Shown here: in pieces, positions 17,676 through 27,245 of the stretch | How the letters are laid out: each line of letters starts with the position of its first letter | Position numbering within the stretch: position 1 is the first letter of the stretch | NCBI GenBank assembly: GCA_019750255.1 | Contig: JAIEOU010000006.1 | Span: forward strand, 52,142-116,141 | Source of the DNA: Patescibacteria group bacterium | GTDB lineage: Bacteria; Patescibacteriota; Minisyncoccia; Phycocordibacterales; UBA918 | DNA: 64,000 nt | Direction of reading: 5' to 3' | The notes under the pieces: generated by a model | What the model was told of the DNA's origin: nothing | Seen by the model: only the letters and a program-made list of their open reading frames with translations | Database searches by the model: none | Made by a program: the position numbers and the translations under genes

Positions 17676-19469
17676 CTACACAAATCCCCCAGACTGATGC
17701 TCCCACAACCGCGCGTACACGCCCCCGTAAGCAACAAGCGCATCGTGCGATCCGTCCTCAACAATTTTGCCCTCTTCGAGCACAATAATCCGGTCCATTT
17801 CGCGTAAGGTAGAGAGCCGGTGCGCTATCGCGATTACCGTTTTTCCGGCCATAAGCACATGCAGCGCCTTCTGAATAGCCACCTCACTTTCACTATCAAG
17901 TGCTGAAGTAGCCTCATCAAGAACGAGAATTGGCGCATCCTTAAGCATGGCACGGGCAATTGCCACCCGCTGCTTCTGTCCTCCCGAAAGCTTTATGCCG
18001 CGCTCGCCCACAAGCGTGTCGTATTTTTGCTCAAGCTTCTCGATAAACTCATGGGCATAGGCCTTGCGAGCCACCGCTTCTACCTCAGCCTGCGTTGCGT
18101 GTGGCATTCCATAAAGAATATTTTCGCGAATAGTACGGTGAAATAGGAGGGGTTCTTGGGGAACTAAAGAAATCGTCTCACGCAGCGAGTCCTGGGTTAC
18201 TGTAGCGATGTCCTGACCATCAATACTAATACTACCTTTAGGAATGTCATGTTGGCGGAGCAAAAGCGATACAAAAGTACTCTTTCCAGCACCCGAAGAT
18301 CCCACCAATCCCACTCGCTGCCCAGCCGGGATAGTCAGGGAGAAATCATTAAATACCTGGTGTGACTGGAAACTAAACGATACATGTTGCCACGACACTT
18401 CCCCACCATTGGATACGAGATTCTTAGCATTGGGTCGGTCGGTAATGTCATACGGTACATAGATGTCATCGAGCCCTTCCTGCATTTCTCCATACGAACG
18501 AGCCACGCGGTTGAGCATTTGGCCAATAAACATGAGGGAGCCTGTTAACTGCGCATATAAGGCCAAGGCCAACACCACCTCGCCAGGAGACACCGCCCCC
18601 TCTTGCCACCGCACGACGAGAAGCCATATCATTAGCGTAGCAAAGGCAAACAGAACGATATTATTGACTAAAAACGTCCACTCGGTGAAAAACCAACTAC
18701 GTTTTTGCGCATTCATCTGCAATTCACTCAAATCAAAAAGTCCATTGCGTTCGTTGACTGCCTTGGTGTATTGACGCACTGCCGAAATGTTAGTAATCGT
18801 ATCAATCAGTCGCGCCTGAAATCTGCTACTGATATCGGCCGAGACAGTGGAAAGCTTTGATTTATGCTTACTAAATGGAATATTAAGGAGAACGAGACAA
18901 ACAATGAGAATAACAAATATAAGCGCCGCGAGCGGGTCCACTGTCGCAATCAGAGCCACCGTTACGATGTAGGTAACGAGGGTATCGAGCAGGTTCCAAA
19001 GCAGGTCCGGAATTGTACTATCAACCGCACCGGTAACATTACGAATCTTATTGCCCACAGCTCCCGCAAATCGACCACTGTAATACGTGTGCCCATGAGA
19101 TAACACGTGCTCAGTAACGGTGTCACGAGCTCGCTTGGTGGCATTATTCGTCAGTATGGCACCCATAAAGCCACTCCCGCGGTAGAGTAACTGGACAAAA
19201 AAGATAACCACAGGGAACGAGAGGCCCCACCACATAGCCGCTGTTGCGTCCCCCTGCTCTACCGCATCAATAATCAACTTAAATAAGTAGTTTGACCCCT
19301 GACTTATACCAGCGGCAAAAATAACAAGAACGACCGCCGCAAAAAGGTATATATACGAAGATTTAACCGAATGCCAGAAAAAGGCATATGGGTTACGGAG
19401 TTGGTGGTGCTCTTCATTTGTATTAAGCGTCTTTTTCATGTGTATCGTGTTATGACGGTATACGCTCAC
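17676..19469 (-). CDS. ABC transporter, fused permease/ATP-binding subunit (MsbA-like type I exporter)
   Basis: 597-aa ORF with six predicted N-terminal TM helices. It has Walker A 'GSSGAGKST', the ABC signature 'LSGGQKQRVAIARAM' and Walker B 'ILVLDEATSALD'. A GTG start is preceded by an AAGGTGA RBS, with an alternative ATG at 19439. Confidence 0.9.
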   Translation of the reverse strand: MSVYRHNTIHMKKTLNTNEEHHQLRNPYAFFWHSVKSSYIYLFAAVVLVIFAAGISQGSNYLFKLIIDAVEQGDATAAMWWGLSFPVVIFFVQLLYRGSGFMGAILTNNATKRARDTVTEHVLSHGHTYYSGRFAGAVGNKIRNVTGAVDSTIPDLLWNLLDTLVTYIVTVALIATVDPLAALIFVILIVCLVLLNIPFSKHKSKLSTVSADISSRFQARLIDTITNISAVRQYTKAVNERNGLFDLSELQMNAQKRSWFFTEWTFLVNNIVLFAFATLMIWLLVVRWQEGAVSPGEVVLALALYAQLTGSLMFIGQMLNRVARSYGEMQEGLDDIYVPYDITDRPNAKNLVSNGGEVSWQHVSFSFQSHQVFNDFSLTIPAGQRVGLVGSSGAGKSTFVSLLLRQHDIPKGSISIDGQDIATVTQDSLRETISLVPQEPLLFHRTIRENILYGMPHATQAEVEAVARKAYAHEFIEKLEQKYDTLVGERGIKLSGGQKQRVAIARAMLKDAPILVLDEATSALDSESEVAIQKALHVLMAGKTVIAIAHRLSTLREMDRIIVLEEGKIVEDGSHDALVAYGGVYARLWEHQSGGFV

Positions 19470-19481
19470 TCATCTTTCACC

Positions 19482-20306
19482 TTACCGTACACAGCGAAAT
19501 CCAATCGCCTCCCCAGTAAACTCTGGTGGAGTATGGGCATGAACAGCATGCACACCAGCGTCTGCTCGACTTCCGTAAAATCCGCCCCGAATCATCCCAT
19601 AATTTCCTTGCGGTTCAGACCAAAAATAGGCAGTCCCGTATACATTTCCGGCACTCTCGTCACTCGTCATTATGGCCACTCCGCTGACATCAGCTTGCGC
19701 CACATACCCCGATGGCGGGAGTGGCCGATCACGAAACTGCCCCGCCACCACATCATCTTCTACCCACTCCCAGACGTTACCAACCGCATCATACACTCCC
19801 GCTGCCGAACGACAATCTGACGCCTCACCCGTCTTCCCGACCGCACCGGTTGCCGTACGACACGCACTCTCTTTGGTATCAAGCGCAAGCGTGTACCATT
19901 CAGCAGCGGTTGGTAACCGCTTGCCGGCTCGGGCGCACAGACGTTGTGCATCACTGCGCGCTACCGAACGCCACGGAACCGCTCCGGGTACACTAGCGAT
20001 CCCACATGCAGCCGCTTCGATATTGCTACTAGTATCAAGTGATCGTGAGGGTTCCGGATGTGGACAGTCACTAAGGGCAGAGGCTTCATATTGATCCGCA
20101 CACACAAATGTCCTTCCGGTTGCGACCTCAACCATCCCGTCGGGACAGACCCCATCATTTGTACTACCAATAAGCTGGGCAAGCATGGTTGACTGTGATC
20201 CGCGCCACGTGTCTGAAGCATCGATACCAAGCGCCGTAATAACGAGCGCACCCATGATAACCCCAATTATTCTTAGTTGTTTCATAACTAGAGAGACAGT
20301 GCGCAC
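19482..20306 (-). CDS. Secreted/membrane-anchored FGE-sulfatase (SUMF1/formylglycine-generating-enzyme) fold protein, paralogue 1
   Basis: The sequence carries 'GKRLPTAAEWYTLA', 'AVGNVWEWVEDD', 'MIRGGFYGSRADAG' and 'IGFRCVR', which are hallmark FGE-sulfatase domain motifs. It has an N-terminal signal/anchor. An alternative start Met8 at 20285 would remove the overlap with the upstream paralogue. Confidence 0.8.
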   Translation of the reverse strand: MRTVSLVMKQLRIIGVIMGALVITALGIDASDTWRGSQSTMLAQLIGSTNDGVCPDGMVEVATGRTFVCADQYEASALSDCPHPEPSRSLDTSSNIEAAACGIASVPGAVPWRSVARSDAQRLCARAGKRLPTAAEWYTLALDTKESACRTATGAVGKTGEASDCRSAAGVYDAVGNVWEWVEDDVVAGQFRDRPLPPSGYVAQADVSGVAIMTSDESAGNVYGTAYFWSEPQGNYGMIRGGFYGSRADAGVHAVHAHTPPEFTGEAIGFRCVR

Positions 20307-21112
20307 CGGAAACCTACCGCAGCACTCGCGAATTCAGGAGCTACCGCAGCGTGGAGGGTATACACACCAGCATCATCCCGACTGCCATGGAAACCGCCGC
20401 GCATGAGCGCAAACGTCCCTACCGAATCAGCCCAAAGATAGTCATTGTTGTAGACAGCATCACCAGTGGACGCAGTAGCCGTAGGCACTCCTTCTGGAGA
20501 CACCGCCGTTACAAAACCTTCGGGCGGTAGCGCAGTCCCCTCGAATGCTCCCACTCTGGCTTCTCCAGCTACCCACTCCCAAACATTTCCGACCATATCA
20601 TACACAGCCATACCAGATAGGCATTCGGTAGAAGCTCCGGTCTTTGTAAGTCCACCGTTTACGTTACACGAAGCGCTACTATCGGGTGTACCGCGGGCCG
20701 CCAAATACCATTCGTGAGAGGTAGGAAGCCGTTTACCGGCCCTAGCACACAGCTGCTCGGCCTGCACCCGCGCAACCTGGACCCACGGCAACTGGAGCGG
20801 TCTAGGCACGGGGGAACACTCTCCATCATTGGCATTCGCAGCGGTTTCCACACTACTTGCCGGTACAGCAAATGGGCATTCTCTACTTGGACTCACTTCA
20901 TAGGCGTCGATACAAAACCTCATTCGATTCGGATTCTCAATTTCGACCATCCCGGTTGGACACGTCGCAGTGGTAACATCACGAGCCAAGAGACCAAGTG
21001 CCGATTGTGACCCACGCAAAAGATCGGTGGCGTCGATACTTACGCTCGTGAGCGCAATAATTCCCACCGTTACTAAAAAGAAGCGCACCGAGCGCGAGAC
21101 ATACCTCATCAC
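20288..21112 (-). CDS. FGE-sulfatase (SUMF1) fold protein, paralogue 2
   Basis: The sequence carries 'GKRLPTSHEWYLAARG', 'MVGNVWEWVAGE', 'LMRGGFHGSRDDAG' and 'VGFRCALSL', with an N-terminal anchor 'FFLVTVGIIALTSVSI'. Confidence 0.8.
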   Translation of the reverse strand: MMRYVSRSVRFFLVTVGIIALTSVSIDATDLLRGSQSALGLLARDVTTATCPTGMVEIENPNRMRFCIDAYEVSPSRECPFAVPASSVETAANANDGECSPVPRPLQLPWVQVARVQAEQLCARAGKRLPTSHEWYLAARGTPDSSASCNVNGGLTKTGASTECLSGMAVYDMVGNVWEWVAGEARVGAFEGTALPPEGFVTAVSPEGVPTATASTGDAVYNNDYLWADSVGTFALMRGGFHGSRDDAGVYTLHAAVAPEFASAAVGFRCALSL

Positions 21113-21150
21113 ACTTCATAGTATAGCGCGACCTTAGTCCTGAACGACCA

Positions 21151-22002
21151 TTACTGCACATCACGCACACACCTAAATCCCACACCAGCAGCAGCAAAAT
21201 CAAGCGCTACCGACATGTTTTGAGCAAACACACCCCCGTCACTGCCGCTTGTGTAAAATCCTCCACGCAACATTCCGCGGACCCCTTCATGCTGGACCCA
21301 GGCATAGTCATCACCAAACGCCGGGACGGGCTGATTGCTGGTCTTTAAGACCACACCACCATCATCGACCAGTTCAACATATCCTGACATCGGAACGTGG
21401 CGCCCTTCAATCATTCCGTCACTCACGGTATCACCCATCCATTCCCATACATTTCCGACAAGATCATGGACCCCGAGTGGCGAAACGCAGTTCGCACTAC
21501 CCGTCAAGGCTGGGCTTGTGGCATCCAGAACACAGGATTCTGTGTCAGCCTGACCGACGGCAACGCGGTACCATTCCTGTGCCGTTGGTAGCCGCTTCCC
21601 CGCTCGAGCGCACAGCTGGGTTGCTTCGGTATAACTGACAAACCGCCACGGTTCTTGCCCGGGCTGACTAACCGGTACACAGGCCGGTGTTTCCACATTG
21701 CTCACAGTGGCACTATCGCCCGTTGCGCTACGGTACGGACAGGTGTGTGCAGGACTGGCTTCATAGCTATCAATACACAGCGCATACGCGCCAAATCGCA
21801 ACAGCACCTCGTGCTCGTTACAAGGCCCACTACTGGTCACTGCTGAACCCATGAGTTTGCCGGAAATGCCGTTAGCCATATCAGATGCCTGAATACCCAC
21901 CGTCGATAGCACGAACGCTCCAAGACCGATGAGTAAACCCTTATGCCAATTCCGTCTTTTGGCGCGTGGTGTCATAGAGCTCACGTGACCTGACGAAATC
22001 AA
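21151..22002 (-). CDS. FGE-sulfatase (SUMF1) fold protein, paralogue 3
   Basis: The sequence carries 'GKRLPTAQEWYRVAVG', 'LVGNVWEWMGDT', 'MLRGGFYTSGSDGG' and 'VGFRCVRDVQ'. An N-terminal signal follows 'MTPRAKRRNWHKGLLIGLGAFVLS', so the start is possibly at the internal Met (21975). Confidence 0.8.
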   Translation of the reverse strand: MISSGHVSSMTPRAKRRNWHKGLLIGLGAFVLSTVGIQASDMANGISGKLMGSAVTSSGPCNEHEVLLRFGAYALCIDSYEASPAHTCPYRSATGDSATVSNVETPACVPVSQPGQEPWRFVSYTEATQLCARAGKRLPTAQEWYRVAVGQADTESCVLDATSPALTGSANCVSPLGVHDLVGNVWEWMGDTVSDGMIEGRHVPMSGYVELVDDGGVVLKTSNQPVPAFGDDYAWVQHEGVRGMLRGGFYTSGSDGGVFAQNMSVALDFAAAGVGFRCVRDVQ

Positions 22003-22378
22003 GCGCGTAGTTTAATACAATCAGTACCAACATAATGAACAGAATACCCGCCAGAACAAACGTTGAGGTCGGTGAGGTTCCAGCACTTCCAAGCAACCCA
22101 ACATCTAAATCACGCAGCATCGCATCCTTCTTTCCCACCTCTTGCTCCAACTCAGCAATACGAGTAGTGAGCGTATTAACACCATTTTCTGAAACACCGA
22201 CATAAACACCCACAGCATTAGCTAGATATAACCCTGTCTGATCAGCCAATCGCGCGGTAGCACTGGTGAAGAGCCCGCTCTCAAAGATCAAAACGGTCGC
22301 CATAACAACACAGCTTACCCTAAGAATCTTATGATAGGCCGAATGTTCAAGGGAGTAATTCATAACAAAACAATACAT
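21941..22378 (-). CDS. Small membrane protein with a coiled-coil segment and a C-terminal TM helix (hypothetical)
   Basis: 145-aa ORF. 'TRIAELEQEVGKKDAMLRDL' is coiled-coil-like and 'FVLAGILFIMLVLIVLNYAL' is a TM helix. The start is uncertain (internal Mets at ~22363 and ~22303). The annotated ORF overlaps the FGE paralogue 3 start. Confidence 0.5.
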   Translation of the reverse strand: MYCFVMNYSLEHSAYHKILRVSCVVMATVLIFESGLFTSATARLADQTGLYLANAVGVYVGVSENGVNTLTTRIAELEQEVGKKDAMLRDLDVGLLGSAGTSPTSTFVLAGILFIMLVLIVLNYALDFVRSRELYDTTRQKTELA

Positions 22379-22381
22379 CCA

Positions 22382-23479
22382 CTACGCAAAGATAAGCAAG
22401 AGAAGGATGAGGAAAAGTACGGTTGTTGCCAACATGGCAATGAAAGTCATGAGCAGCACCGGACTACCCCGGCGACGGACCGTGCGCACCATCCGACGCT
22501 CTCCTGCCCCGGACATAATTGCCATTGTGCGGCGTACATAGAGTTTTACCCCAACGTAAATCGCCAAAAGAATCAGCGCGAGGGTAATTGCTGCTGGACC
22601 AATTATATTCATTGGCAATACCCAGAACGACACCGTACTCGAGATAGTACTCTTGCTCCCGGCCTCTCCATAAATCGGACTGACCCGAGCAAGGTAGCGA
22701 CCAAAGCCGATCCCATCATCCGACCATTTAAAAGAATACTCGCGCACGACACCCGGAAACACACTAGCTTGAGAATCATTAAATACAAGCGTTGCCACAT
22801 TTTCGCCGAACATGTTGGTAATCTCAAGCGGACCCGTTGGTCTCACGAGAACATTACCTAAGTTTTCAATCCGTAAACTAAAATCTACATTGGTTGATCC
22901 GTAAAAATACTGCCCTGTCGAAAATTGTCGAATCTCAGCTTTTTCGTTAGCATCACCGGCTACTCGGATACTAACAATGTTTGCCACCTCATAACCCACA
23001 GCAGCACCGGTTGTGCGCAGGCGCGGCGGCTCAACACTAACGAACACTGCCCCAAAGTGACTTCCCGGAGAGGCAGTATCAGGGACCGTCAGAGTGAACG
23101 AAAGCGGAGCCTCGGTACCGGGAGCAACTACCAACTCCTCAGCATCAAGCTGTACCCATGAACTTAACTCAAACCCGGTTGGCTCGACTCCCTCTTCTGC
23201 ATACACTGGTGAGTTATCATTCTTAACACCAACAATGTCGCGAACGTATAAATAATATTTCTGCTCTGTGTCACTTAAATTAGCGACCGATACTGTGTAG
23301 CGCTTAACCTCACCCGGAGTCGCACCCTCTTCAATGATGGCAGGGCTTATCCCTATTCCTGCTCCAAGATTCGCCTGCGCTCGTACGGTTGATGCTGATA
23401 ATCCTAATAAAACACACGCGAGCACACCGACCAAACGGGCCATAAAGGGCAACGAAAACTGCATAATTGTACGTATCAC
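22382..23479 (-). CDS. Cell-surface protein with a signal peptide, two beta-sandwich domains, a C-terminal TM anchor and a short basic cytoplasmic tail (DUF916/DUF3324-like architecture)
   Basis: 365-aa ORF. The N-terminus 'MARLVGVLACVLLGLSASTVRAQA' is a signal peptide. The C-terminus 'AAITLALILLAIYVGVKLYVRRT' is a TM helix plus basic tail. The architecture matches the CscA-type partners of WxL proteins. The family assignment is tentative. Confidence 0.6.
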   Translation of the reverse strand: MIRTIMQFSLPFMARLVGVLACVLLGLSASTVRAQANLGAGIGISPAIIEEGATPGEVKRYTVSVANLSDTEQKYYLYVRDIVGVKNDNSPVYAEEGVEPTGFELSSWVQLDAEELVVAPGTEAPLSFTLTVPDTASPGSHFGAVFVSVEPPRLRTTGAAVGYEVANIVSIRVAGDANEKAEIRQFSTGQYFYGSTNVDFSLRIENLGNVLVRPTGPLEITNMFGENVATLVFNDSQASVFPGVVREYSFKWSDDGIGFGRYLARVSPIYGEAGSKSTISSTVSFWVLPMNIIGPAAITLALILLAIYVGVKLYVRRTMAIMSGAGERRMVRTVRRRGSPVLLMTFIAMLATTVLFLILLLLIFA

Positions 23480-23649
23480 TATACCACCATAGCCTGCTAC
23501 GGCTTAAAATTTTATTAACAGTATCTTGTCTCCACATCACGACGGTGCTGAACAATAATTACCACAACTAACCGAACGGTAAAAACAACAAAACCCGCCG
23601 AAGCGGGTTTTGTTGAATCCTCGTAACCAGGTAGTTACATTGATGAACT

Positions 23650-24729
23650 TTAGAACGTTGGCGTTGCGATGTAGGTAAGAGTCGTGTTGTAGTCATCTCC
23701 AGCTTCCTGAAGTGGACTGATTTGAATCTGGTACCCTACTTCTGCCTGACCATAGTCCTGCGTTGTACCGTCTGATGGTCCGGTGTGAGCAAAAATTGCC
23801 CGTGGAGTGGTACTAGCCGCGACCCATCTATTGCCCCCGCTGTTGGTGAATTCACCACCATTGAGATCACTGTCATTTGAGGTAAGACCCCAGTGACCAT
23901 AGGTGTTCTCGTTGAGCAAAGTATTAGCTGGTGCTACCCACGCCGTTGGAGAGTTTGTGTACGCTCCGTTGATAAACCCGTCAATGTCAGCTCCGGTAGA
24001 TGATTCAAGATTACTATCCTGTTCTACCGTGACCACAAATCCGTTACGTGCATTTGTCTGAACCGTGAGCTGCTGTGCCAATGTTTCAATCTGTCCCGCT
24101 GTTACGATTCCAAACGGAACCGCTGTTGGACTAGTTGAACCAGTGGTCGATGTAGCATTGATTGCTGTCGAAGTAGCAAGACCGATGACGCGGAACTCAA
24201 ATGAGGTCTGCACTTCAGCGGTGACTTCAACAGTATCGACAATCGCTACACGTGTACGACCGATGTCAGCTGGGGTGTTAATCACAAACTCATAGGACCC
24301 GACTGCTGGATTCGTTACCTTGGTTGCCGGTATGACCACCCGTACCACTTGTGTTGCAGTTGCTGCTACACCCGTGAACGAAATTGTCTGACCGGTAACA
24401 TTAAACGTTGCTGGTGCGTCTGGAGTTCCGTTAACGGTGACGGTTAGATCACCGATTACCAGTGTTCCTACTCCCGTGAATCCTGCCGGAAAAGTAATTG
24501 AGGTAGTGGCACCGACGAGTAGGTTCGAACTGGTTGGAACTGTAAATCTGATGTCGTGGCCCGAAAGCACTGCCGGCGCTGAGTCAGAAAGTGTATTACT
24601 GACAGAGTTTAGGTTAGCAGCTTCTGCAGTCATCTGATGAAACCCGAAGGTTGCTAAGACTACTGCGAACGCAACGAGCATCGCGACTGCCCGGTACGTA
24701 AAGCCAACGCGAGTTGGAATTACGAACAT
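23650..24729 (-). CDS. Secreted Thr/Ser-rich surface protein, possible WxL-like C-terminal domain
   Basis: The start is set at the internal Met 'MFVIPTRVGFTYRAVAMLVAFAVVLATFGF' (signal peptide, rc ATG 24727-24729, AT-rich upstream). C-terminal motifs 'YGHWGLTSND' and 'TLTYIATPTF' resemble the two WxL-domain motifs. The WxL assignment is tentative. Confidence 0.6.
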   Translation of the reverse strand: MFVIPTRVGFTYRAVAMLVAFAVVLATFGFHQMTAEAANLNSVSNTLSDSAPAVLSGHDIRFTVPTSSNLLVGATTSITFPAGFTGVGTLVIGDLTVTVNGTPDAPATFNVTGQTISFTGVAATATQVVRVVIPATKVTNPAVGSYEFVINTPADIGRTRVAIVDTVEVTAEVQTSFEFRVIGLATSTAINATSTTGSTSPTAVPFGIVTAGQIETLAQQLTVQTNARNGFVVTVEQDSNLESSTGADIDGFINGAYTNSPTAWVAPANTLLNENTYGHWGLTSNDSDLNGGEFTNSGGNRWVAASTTPRAIFAHTGPSDGTTQDYGQAEVGYQIQISPLQEAGDDYNTTLTYIATPTF

Positions 24730-26266
24730 GTTCTTATATTTTTTTATATTTAATAACTTGTACTCTCTCGCCCGTAGTGTTGGAAATACGAACGAACTCT
24801 GAGAGTAGTGGTTGCAGCATATGTGGAGATGTGTACGGTCGGAGTTTTTTGAAAAGCTCAGCCAACTCGTCGGTACACCACTGCAACCTCTACCGATCAT
24901 TGTACTAGAGGAACTATCACTCCGTCTTAAAGGTTGTGTTGATAACCCTATAAACCATCTGTCGTTTACTTTAGAATAGCTTTATTTTAATTGTTTTAAC
25001 TCAACGACTCACCGCCCTCGCCTTTAAAGCCGTATCGTACAAGTGTCTTCTAGTAAAACTTTTTACTGGACACAGGTTGCACCTTAAGACTTCCCTACCG
25101 CGTCGCATACGGATGCGGAAACGTGTCGTCACTCGCTTCCCAGCACTCTTCCCCATGGGCACTTCCTACCCGCACAACTGCAGCACAATCGGCCACATAT
25201 TTTCCGAACGTACCGAAAACTAACTCTAAAGTTATTTCCTTTCACTCCCTAAATATCCCAATTAATTCATCGTATGTTGAGTACCGTTACGTACCCCAAT
25301 CGGCACTATGTCCACTGCGGCCATATCGAACACTTCTTCCCGGTGGTTTCATCCCAACTAAATATAATCTATCGCAGTATCGCAGGCCCATGTGTGCCTC
25401 GTGTCGCGCAGTCCTCGGCAATTTTCAGCACACGTAACGTGCTATACACCTTTATAAATAATCACCCATCCAGCCCGCACTTCGACTGCTCACTCATGCT
25501 CAAAGACCCATTCTAAGCCCACCTAAGTCTTTAATGTTGACATCCAAATATACCAACGGTATGTGTCTCTTGTATTCGCCACCCAGATTGTATTGGACCG
25601 TCCTCCAAGCCCAAACAGAACGATTACTTTCAAAACATAATACACCACCACCAAACGAAATTAATATCTTTTGAATGCGAATATCGACAGCAACCAAGTG
25701 CGAACCCACATCCTAGCTACCCCATGTTTATTTTAAAAACCGTACTGGGAACATCAGGAATATCAGTCGGACCACCATGAGAGCCCAGACTCCCTCTCAC
25801 CTGCTGCAAGGCCTACTGTTCACATTACCCGCGCCACGACAAACAACCCCAGCCCGCGAAACAGGCAGCGACACACCTCGCATGGAGATGTCCTTTAACT
25901 GTTCCATTACCTACCATCTCGAGCGACCCAAACACTACGAAACATGATTAGTAGAACTATTGTGAGCCCATACCTGCTGCCCTTATCATTAAAAATAACC
26001 CCGCAATATTTAAAAAATCCAACTTGGGAAATAATGGAAAGCACGCACCAGCCTTGTCTTTTATCTTGTCTTTTTTAATTGGTTATCAAGGACATAGCTA
26101 TAATTAGCACTGTCCTTTAGTCTCGTGAGGCGTACGACGAAACTCCTCTGAATAGTCGTGATGATAGGCTGCCGTTCTCCCGGTACGTACTTGAATGCCG
26201 ACCGCACGGAACCCCGGAGCTACTGCTATGAACGCATCTCAGGCAGACTGGACCAAATTAGAGACA

Positions 26267-26908
26267 CTACACCACTAGCGTTCCCCCCGGAAGTAGCGAA
26301 GAAAAGGCAATCCCCTTCTCAGCCAGAATTCGCTCCGCAAGGCCATGACTGATAGATAAGCGATCCACCCGTTCGATACCATCATGGACCGGAAAAGCTG
26401 CTGTAGGCGATATCCTAATTGCATAATGTAGCGCGTCGGTCATGCGACACCACGGTCCCCCAACCGGCAGCGCCAATACTCCTACTGGCTTCCCTGGCTC
26501 TGCGTAGCTATCTCCCGGATAGAAGAGTCGCTCGCCTACAAAGTATCCGGTATTCTGTACCTGACCCACATCCTCAAAGATCTCGGCGTGACGGGCATCA
26601 AAGGCTTCAAGTGTCACCCCAGCAACCGTAGCGCTTTCAGTCCCCTCCAGCACCTGCGCTACTATTCCTTCGACTTCCAGCAAACGAGCGACACTCGAAT
26701 TTGAAACCACCACCACCTCGGGAAGACGCGCTATGATGTCTCGAACTGTCGGTACATGAAGATGGTCGGCGTGCTCGTGCGTGATCAAAATAATATCAAA
26801 CTGCTCGGGCAGCTCCACCCCGGCTGTAAACGACCCGGGGTCTGTCACTACCGTTTTGTTTTCAATCTGTATCACCAGGCAGCAGTGGCCGATTTTAGTA
26901 ATAGTCAT
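26267..26908 (-). CDS. Metallo-beta-lactamase fold hydrolase
   Basis: 213-aa ORF with the 'HEHADH' HxHxDH zinc-binding motif and 'GHCCLVI' near the N-terminus. Confidence 0.8.
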   Translation of the reverse strand: MTITKIGHCCLVIQIENKTVVTDPGSFTAGVELPEQFDIILITHEHADHLHVPTVRDIIARLPEVVVVSNSSVARLLEVEGIVAQVLEGTESATVAGVTLEAFDARHAEIFEDVGQVQNTGYFVGERLFYPGDSYAEPGKPVGVLALPVGGPWCRMTDALHYAIRISPTAAFPVHDGIERVDRLSISHGLAERILAEKGIAFSSLLPGGTLVV

Positions 26909-26924
26909 ATTGGTTTAGTATAGC

Positions 26925-26956
26925 AAAAACACCCCCGGATAACCGGGGGTGTTTTT
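26925..26956. terminator. Bidirectional intrinsic terminator (aaaaacacccccgg-ataa-ccgggggtgttttt)
   Basis: Perfect GC-rich 9-bp stem with an A-tract on one side and a T-tract on the other, seen directly in the sequence. Confidence 0.7.
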
Positions 26957-27190
26957 CATTCTTTATTTCTACTTAGCAAGTCGCTACTATTACTTTTTAC
27001 GCTTTTAAAGCTTGAAAGAAATGAAGTGTTTACATAAGAATAAATACCGAGTGACGTAGTCACGAGTATATTTTTCTTATTTGAAAACTTCACTCGTTTC
27101 GAGCTTAAAAGCGAGATAACGAGTGGTAGTTTTCGGGAAGTAAAACATAGTTAAGCAAAACAATGAGCGTAGCGATTATGTTTTGCGTAT

Positions 27191-27224
27191 GTCAGATTTT
27201 CCTCTACCCTGAGGAAAATCTGAC
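27191..27224. terminator. Terminator hairpin downstream of the GH18 gene (gtcagattttcctc-taccct-gaggaaaatctgac)
   Basis: Perfect 14-bp inverted repeat about 20 nt after the stop at 27246. Confidence 0.55.
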
Positions 27225-27245
27225 CGGCTTTCAGCCTCCTTGTTT

